DNA from: a virus
DNA: 64,000 nt
Strand: one strand, 5' to 3'
IMG/VR virus record: IMGVR_UViG_3300035181_002522
Span: 32,001 to 96,000 of that record
Made by a program: the position numbers and the translations under genes. The number at the start of each line of letters is the position of its first letter. The first letter of the stretch is position 1. Shown one piece after another: positions 59,002 through 64,000 of the stretch. The notes below the pieces were generated by a model that worked only from the letters and a program-made list of their open reading frames with translations, did no database searches and was not told the origin of the DNA.

Positions 59002-60257
59002 TGTCAGCATTCTCAAATATAAAACAAGCATGGCCATTTATCACTGATGGCTTTGTCATGGATACGGAAGACCCTGACCAGATGGGTAGACTTAAAATCT
59101 GGTGTCCAGCGCTCGATGGTGAAAATTATAGCATAGCAAATTTAGTTTGGGCGGAATACGCAACTCCTTTTGGTGGAGTCACGGTTGATTTTCCAGCAGG
59201 AAGAACTGGCGCAGTATCTCATGGCCCTGTAAGTTATGGTTTTTGGGCACTACCAAAAATTAACTCTCAAGTATTAGTCTTTCTGTTAAATGGCGATCCA
59301 AACCGTCGCTTTTACTTCGCTAGTGTTTTTGACCTACATCGAAATCGTAGCTTACCGGGTGGTAGAATTTCAAATAAAGATAGAACTCCAGGACCTTGGA
59401 CTGATAGCTATGACCCGCTAGAACCAGCAAGTTCAAATGCTAAAGCCGCTTTTGGTGATTTAACAGGAGCTATTGCTCAGACACGTGGGCCATTTGAACG
59501 TCAAGTAGCTCAAGATGCGGATGTCAAAGATGGAACAAATGGTTATGGTAAATCGCCAGCCGATAATACGTACTTAGACCCTCAAACTTATTGTTGGACT
59601 ACTCCTGGTCATCACTTTATCTCAATGTCAGATAATGTTGATAATTGCCGAGTTAGAGTTAAAACTTGTGAAGGCAATCAAGTTATCTTAGACGATACCA
59701 ATGAGCGTATCTACGTATCAACTGCGAAAGGTAATACTTGGATTGAGCTTGATGAAGATGGGCATGTACATATCTATGGAGCTAAATCAATTTCAGTCCG
59801 AGCTGAAGAAGATATCAACCTTGCAGCGAATCGAAATATCAACTTGAATGCCCAAGGAACCATCAACTTATTGAGTGAAGCTGATACCAACATCTCAGGC
59901 TCTGGAGTTCATTTGAAGGCTGGTGATCAATTAGCAGCATCCGGCTGTAAAGTTGACATCAATAGCACGGATACAAAAATATCTGGTGATCAAGTCAACA
60001 TTAAGAGTGAGAATACATTGGCAATGTCAGGACAGGATGTAAACTTAAAAGGTGATATGACTAAAGTGACAGGTAGTTCAGTACATCTAAATGGAAACAT
60101 CATTCAGTCAAATTTAAATATAACTGGAACTACAGCAGCAACTGAAGCCGCTCAAGCAGTTTGCGCGAATGCTGCAGCAGGTCCTTCTATTATTCCAGCG
60201 CATGAACCATTTGATCGCCCAGCAAATACTAGCAGAAATTTACACTATAAAGGTTAA
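59001..60257 (+). CDS. gp5: Baseplate central spike (gp5/VgrG-like, no lysozyme domain seen)
   Basis: DPDQMGRLKIWCP OB-fold, YGFW..P..N..VLV, TPGHH...M.D, beta-helix repeats. Confidence 0.8.
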   Translation: MSAFSNIKQAWPFITDGFVMDTEDPDQMGRLKIWCPALDGENYSIANLVWAEYATPFGGVTVDFPAGRTGAVSHGPVSYGFWALPKINSQVLVFLLNGDPNRRFYFASVFDLHRNRSLPGGRISNKDRTPGPWTDSYDPLEPASSNAKAAFGDLTGAIAQTRGPFERQVAQDADVKDGTNGYGKSPADNTYLDPQTYCWTTPGHHFISMSDNVDNCRVRVKTCEGNQVILDDTNERIYVSTAKGNTWIELDEDGHVHIYGAKSISVRAEEDINLAANRNINLNAQGTINLLSEADTNISGSGVHLKAGDQLAASGCKVDINSTDTKISGDQVNIKSENTLAMSGQDVNLKGDMTKVTGSSVHLNGNIIQSNLNITGTTAATEAAQAVCANAAAGPSIIPAHEPFDRPANTSRNLHYKG

Positions 60258-61474
60258 AGTTCAGCATCTATCATAAAATCAAAAAAACTAGAAATTGGTT
60301 TAGATAATGTAACTACGCCAGTAATTGCACTATTTAAAATTGCGTTAACGGTTTGAGTTTCAGATAATGTAATAGAATATGAAAAACCTGTAGTAGTAGT
60401 ATAATCTACGGTTGTTAGTAAATTATTTGAATTAAATATCGTAACCAAACCATTTTTAAATTTTTCAGTCTGAAAACAGACATGATCTATAAAAGTAGTT
60501 TCTAATCCACCTCCTGCTGAAAAATGAATTTTTTGTTGTTTTTCGAAATATCGTTGACAAAGAACAATTTCTAGCCCTATTGGTCTAAGCTCAAATGGAG
60601 TATAGATAAAACCGGGTTCTAATTGTACTTGCGCCAAGTCAAAAGCAGTTTTTGAAAATTCATTATAATGTTCATTTGCAGGTAAATTATAAGTGAATCT
60701 TATTCCATAATAATGATCATCGCCGTCAATAACCATATTTTCTAGAGATTCAAATTCAAGATTCAATACATATTGTGTCCACTGATTTGATGGAATTATA
60801 GCGACTTGTTGCTTGTTATCATTTAATAAATTTACAATTTTGGTTGGTGAAGCGTTAATTCCAGAGCCAAAATGTTGAATTAATTGAATAGATATAAATC
60901 CATCATTATTTAATTCCAGTTTATTGTGTTTTAACCAAAAAGACAACGTAAAATGCGAATTTGATGTTTTCGACAAATTGCTGAAATTATCGAGCTTTGA
61001 TAATTTTACATTTTCTATTCGCTGTTCTTTATAAGCTGTCACTAAAGTTGGCTGTTCTGTTTCAGTATCCAAAAGAAAATCATACTGTGGAGTGGTTTGT
61101 TCTAATATAGTTCTAGAGTAATATGATGGATTAAATGGGACATCAGATTGATTAGTATCAAATTTCATTTGCGTATTATTAGAACTGTTGAACCATCTAT
61201 CATCACTTCCATACCCGGGTATATTTTGTGAAGTGCCACGTTGCCAAATGTCAAAATTTCCATTTATCAATTTATTTCTAAATGTGAATGCTGAAAAATT
61301 ATTTTTACGGTTGTCTTGAACTGAAATGTTATCTTCAATAAGATACAATCCTGTTTTTATGCCAACATGGTCAACACAAATCATTTGCTCTAAGCCATAT
61401 GTCCATGGACGTATCCATTCATTAGATTTAAAAAAATGAAAATTTGATAAATTTTCAGTATTTGAAAATTTCAT
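60254..61474 (-). CDS. Divergent fourth paralogue of the CBM-like tail fibre proteins
   Basis: RNKLINGNFDIWQRG...GYGSDDRW...AQVQLE.G...TPFELRP...LCQRYF; TATAAATA at 61505-61512 (-). Confidence 0.7.
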   Translation of the reverse strand: MKFSNTENLSNFHFFKSNEWIRPWTYGLEQMICVDHVGIKTGLYLIEDNISVQDNRKNNFSAFTFRNKLINGNFDIWQRGTSQNIPGYGSDDRWFNSSNNTQMKFDTNQSDVPFNPSYYSRTILEQTTPQYDFLLDTETEQPTLVTAYKEQRIENVKLSKLDNFSNLSKTSNSHFTLSFWLKHNKLELNNDGFISIQLIQHFGSGINASPTKIVNLLNDNKQQVAIIPSNQWTQYVLNLEFESLENMVIDGDDHYYGIRFTYNLPANEHYNEFSKTAFDLAQVQLEPGFIYTPFELRPIGLEIVLCQRYFEKQQKIHFSAGGGLETTFIDHVCFQTEKFKNGLVTIFNSNNLLTTVDYTTTTGFSYSITLSETQTVNAILNSAITGVVTLSKPISSFFDFMIDAEL

Positions 61475-61570
61475 AGTTGCTATTCTCCATTAGCTTTTGA
61501 AAATTATTTATAAAATTTGAACTGTGTTTTTTATGTAAATAGATAAAACTGTTACTACTATGGAATAAAT

Positions 61571-61936
61571 ATGTTCTATCACGGACTTTCAACAAAAAAT
61601 TGGTTAAGTACAAAAAATCTTGGTATTAGTGATATTGAAGTCGTAAAACAAGATTTGCTCAATCACATTTACACGCCAATTGGATCTCGGGTTATGATGT
61701 CAAATTTTGGAACTAGAATACCTTTCATGGTATTTGAACCTAATGATCAGCAAACTCGTCAGATCATCGAAGACGATCTAAAAACCGTATTTGAATATGA
61801 TCCACGTGTTCAGCTTAAAGCTTTAGAGGTATTAAGTATCCCTGACCATAACATGATTGTGGCGCTGGCTGATTTATATTATGTTGAGTTTAAGGTGACT
61901 GATACTTTACACATAGAAGTTAAAACCGGTGGTTAA
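61571..61936 (+). CDS. gp25: Baseplate wedge subunit
   Basis: VKQDLLNHI.TP.G.RVM...FGT.I...FEP, YDPRV. Confidence 0.88.
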   Translation: MFYHGLSTKNWLSTKNLGISDIEVVKQDLLNHIYTPIGSRVMMSNFGTRIPFMVFEPNDQQTRQIIEDDLKTVFEYDPRVQLKALEVLSIPDHNMIVALADLYYVEFKVTDTLHIEVKTGG

Positions 61937-61979
61937 CAGAAACTTTTAACGATTTCAATATATAATTTAAATTATTTAG

Positions 61980-63587
61980 TTGAGAATGGTTAAAATGGAA
62001 AATATATTAGAAAAAATTTTTGATAAAAATAAAAAAATTAGTGCAGCAAGATTAAAAAATCTTTCGCAATCAGAAAAAGAAATATTGAATGATTTGGCAC
62101 CAGAATGTAAAACCGAAAATGTAATAGAAAAAATTTACTGGCATATTAATAATATTACAGATTACCCAAAACGATGCGAATGTGGAAAGCCAGTAAAATT
62201 TGAAAATTTTTCAAAAGGTTATGTTAAGGATTTTTGTTCGCTATCTTGTAAATCTAAAAGCAATTCAATTCAAGAAAAAATTAAAAAAACTTTACAATCT
62301 AAATATGGTAGCGAAATATCTAATTGTAGCCAAATACCAGAAATCAAAAATCAAGTAAAACAAACCTTATTAAATAAATTTGGCACTAATAAATTATTTG
62401 ATATTAATAAAGAAAAAAGAATAAACACTCTTAATGAGAAATATGGAGTCTCACATATTTCTCAAAATGAACAATTAAAAACAAAAAGAATTACCCAGTT
62501 TAAATTAAATTTTATTTCAAAAGTTTTTGAAAATATTAAAGAATTAAAAATTAGTCCTTTATTTTCAGATAAAGAATATTCTGAATTAGAGGGTTTAGCA
62601 AGTGGTATTCCACTTTTATGGAAATGTAATGAGCACAATACTGAATATTTAGCTTCAGTCAATAATATTTTGGCATTTGGCACACCATGCTTAATCTGCA
62701 ATCCACGTGATAAAAATAAATTAGAAAGTAAGATTGCTGATTTTTTATCTAGCTTAAACATAGCTTTTTTACGAAATACTAGAAAAATTATTGCTCCACT
62801 CGAATTAGATTTTTATATTCCAGATGCATCACTAGCAATAGAGGTTAATGGCGTCTATTGGCATTCTACATCAAGAAAATCCATAAAGCCAGTTGATAAA
62901 AAATATCATTTTGAGAAATGGAAAATTTGTCACGATAAAAAAATAAAATTAATTCAAATTTTTGAAGATGAATTTGATGATATTAAGTTCGAAAAAATAA
63001 AATCAATAATAAAAAATTCATTAAACAAAAATAAATTCAGATATTTTGCTCGCAAATGCAAAATATCTGAACTTTCGAGTAGAGAAAAAAATGAGTTTTT
63101 AATAAAAAATCATATTCAAGGTAAAGACAAAAGTTCTTTTTTCTATGGATTAACTTACAATGATGAACTTGTTGCAATAATGACTTTTATAAAGCCAAGA
63201 TTTACAAAAAAATATGAATGGGAAATTTCTAGATTTTGTTGTAAAATTGAATATTCTATAGTAGGAGCAGCATCAAAACTTTTTGCTTATTTTGTTAAAA
63301 AACATTTACCTAAATCTGTAATTTCATATGCAGATTTACGATTTGGCTCTGGAAATGTTTATCAACATTTAGGACTCAATTTTCAACATTTCTCATCACC
63401 TAATTATTGGTACGTCAATACGTCAACAATGACTAGAGTTAATAGGTTAGCATGTCAAAAACATAAATTGCCAGAAATATGCGGTGAAAAATTCGATGCC
63501 TCATTAACAGAACATGAAAATTTAACAAAAATTGGTTTATATGAAATTTATGACGCTGGTAATGCAGTTTATGCTACAATATTCTAA
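61980..63587 (+). CDS. Putative homing endonuclease (zinc fingers, KYG repeats, PD-(D/E)xK domain)
   Basis: CECG...FCSLSC, repeated T...K(Y/F)G, ELDFYIP..SLAIEVNGVYWH, ARKC, SYAD.R, IYDAG. Very AT-rich insertion between gp25 and gp6. Confidence 0.75.
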   Translation: MRMVKMENILEKIFDKNKKISAARLKNLSQSEKEILNDLAPECKTENVIEKIYWHINNITDYPKRCECGKPVKFENFSKGYVKDFCSLSCKSKSNSIQEKIKKTLQSKYGSEISNCSQIPEIKNQVKQTLLNKFGTNKLFDINKEKRINTLNEKYGVSHISQNEQLKTKRITQFKLNFISKVFENIKELKISPLFSDKEYSELEGLASGIPLLWKCNEHNTEYLASVNNILAFGTPCLICNPRDKNKLESKIADFLSSLNIAFLRNTRKIIAPLELDFYIPDASLAIEVNGVYWHSTSRKSIKPVDKKYHFEKWKICHDKKIKLIQIFEDEFDDIKFEKIKSIIKNSLNKNKFRYFARKCKISELSSREKNEFLIKNHIQGKDKSSFFYGLTYNDELVAIMTFIKPRFTKKYEWEISRFCCKIEYSIVGAASKLFAYFVKKHLPKSVISYADLRFGSGNVYQHLGLNFQHFSSPNYWYVNTSTMTRVNRLACQKHKLPEICGEKFDASLTEHENLTKIGLYEIYDAGNAVYATIF

Positions 63588-63630
63588 TCCATTAAATAGC
63601 TTAAGCATATTTTTTTGGAATTATTAACAA

Positions 63631-64000
63631 ATGGCTATAAGAAATCTATATTCTGCAGAATCTTGGACTAAAATTTATGAAGCCTTTAGTCAAGTAAATT
63701 TTAGTTCTTTTGATTATGATAGCATTAAATCAGCAATCATATCATATTTACAAATCTATTACCCTGAAAATTTCAATGACTTTATTGAATCATCAGAATT
63801 AGTAGCTTTAATCGAAAGTTTTGCGTATGTAGCTGAACAACTTTCATATCGTTTGGACATGTTAGCGCATGAAAACTTTATCACAACGGCTCAACGTAAG
63901 CAATCAATTTTAAAGTTAGCGAAAATTATCTCATATAAACCAGCTCGTAATTTAGCTGGTCGTGGGATAATGAAGATTTCGTCAATTTCAACGACAGAAA
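63631..64000 (+). CDS. gp6: Baseplate wedge subunit, partial
   Basis: Manual translation: MAIRNLYSAESW...FDYDSIK...YPENFNDFIESSE...AYVAEQLSYRLD...ENFITTAQRKQSILKLA..ISYKP. Confidence 0.85.
   Translation, partial: MAIRNLYSAESWTKIYEAFSQVNFSSFDYDSIKSAIISYLQIYYPENFNDFIESSELVALIESFAYVAEQLSYRLDMLAHENFITTAQRKQSILKLAKIISYKPARNLAGRGIMKISSISTTE

Noticed and set aside
5631-62761. Numerous short antisense or nested ORFs in the ORF track (e.g. 5631..5816, 7547..7795, 8994..9374, 41680..41985, 44977..45411, 62462..62761)
   Set aside because: They are shadow ORFs overlapping well-supported genes, with no recognisable motifs.
61937-63630. Group I intron or intein around the endonuclease
   Set aside because: gp25 and gp6 are complete on either side, the flanks are short, and no intron core was seen, so it appears free-standing.
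1-64000. Genome-wide stop-codon reassignment
   Set aside because: Core genes are long and intact in the standard code, and TGA, TAG and TAA all end genes at sensible positions.

Overview
This window is part of a large, AT-rich, T4-superfamily-like (probably jumbo) myophage genome. Left end (1-5.9 kb, - strand): nucleotide and DNA metabolism, including a metallophosphoesterase, a dNMP kinase, a DinG-like helicase and a T4 gp42-like dCMP hydroxymethylase. 6-25.4 kb (+): a tail-fibre/receptor-binding cluster with two sets of triplicated paralogues. 25.4-38.3 kb: an accessory region with DHFR, Ro60/TROVE, a secreted nuclease, PhoH, a vWA protein and DUF3696-like minigenes. 38.4-64 kb: the core virion and late-expression module (gp23, gp22, gp21, gp20, tape measure, gp26/gp51, resolvase, gp46/47, gp55, baseplate gp53/gp5/gp25/gp6). 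The most striking locus is 27-32 kb. There a phage Ro60 gene is preceded by an unusually long (~320 nt), highly structured Y-RNA-like element. Nearby lies a 1.4-kb hierarchical non-coding repeat array with 8 copies of a 28-nt core and RNA-like hairpins. Other notable signals: a candidate -1 frameshift fusing the gp26-like and gp51-like ORFs, stand-alone DUF3696-like proteins, EAR/EPTP-like propeller tail proteins and several decayed homing endonucleases. All family assignments are from motif recognition by eye; no searches or folding programs were run.
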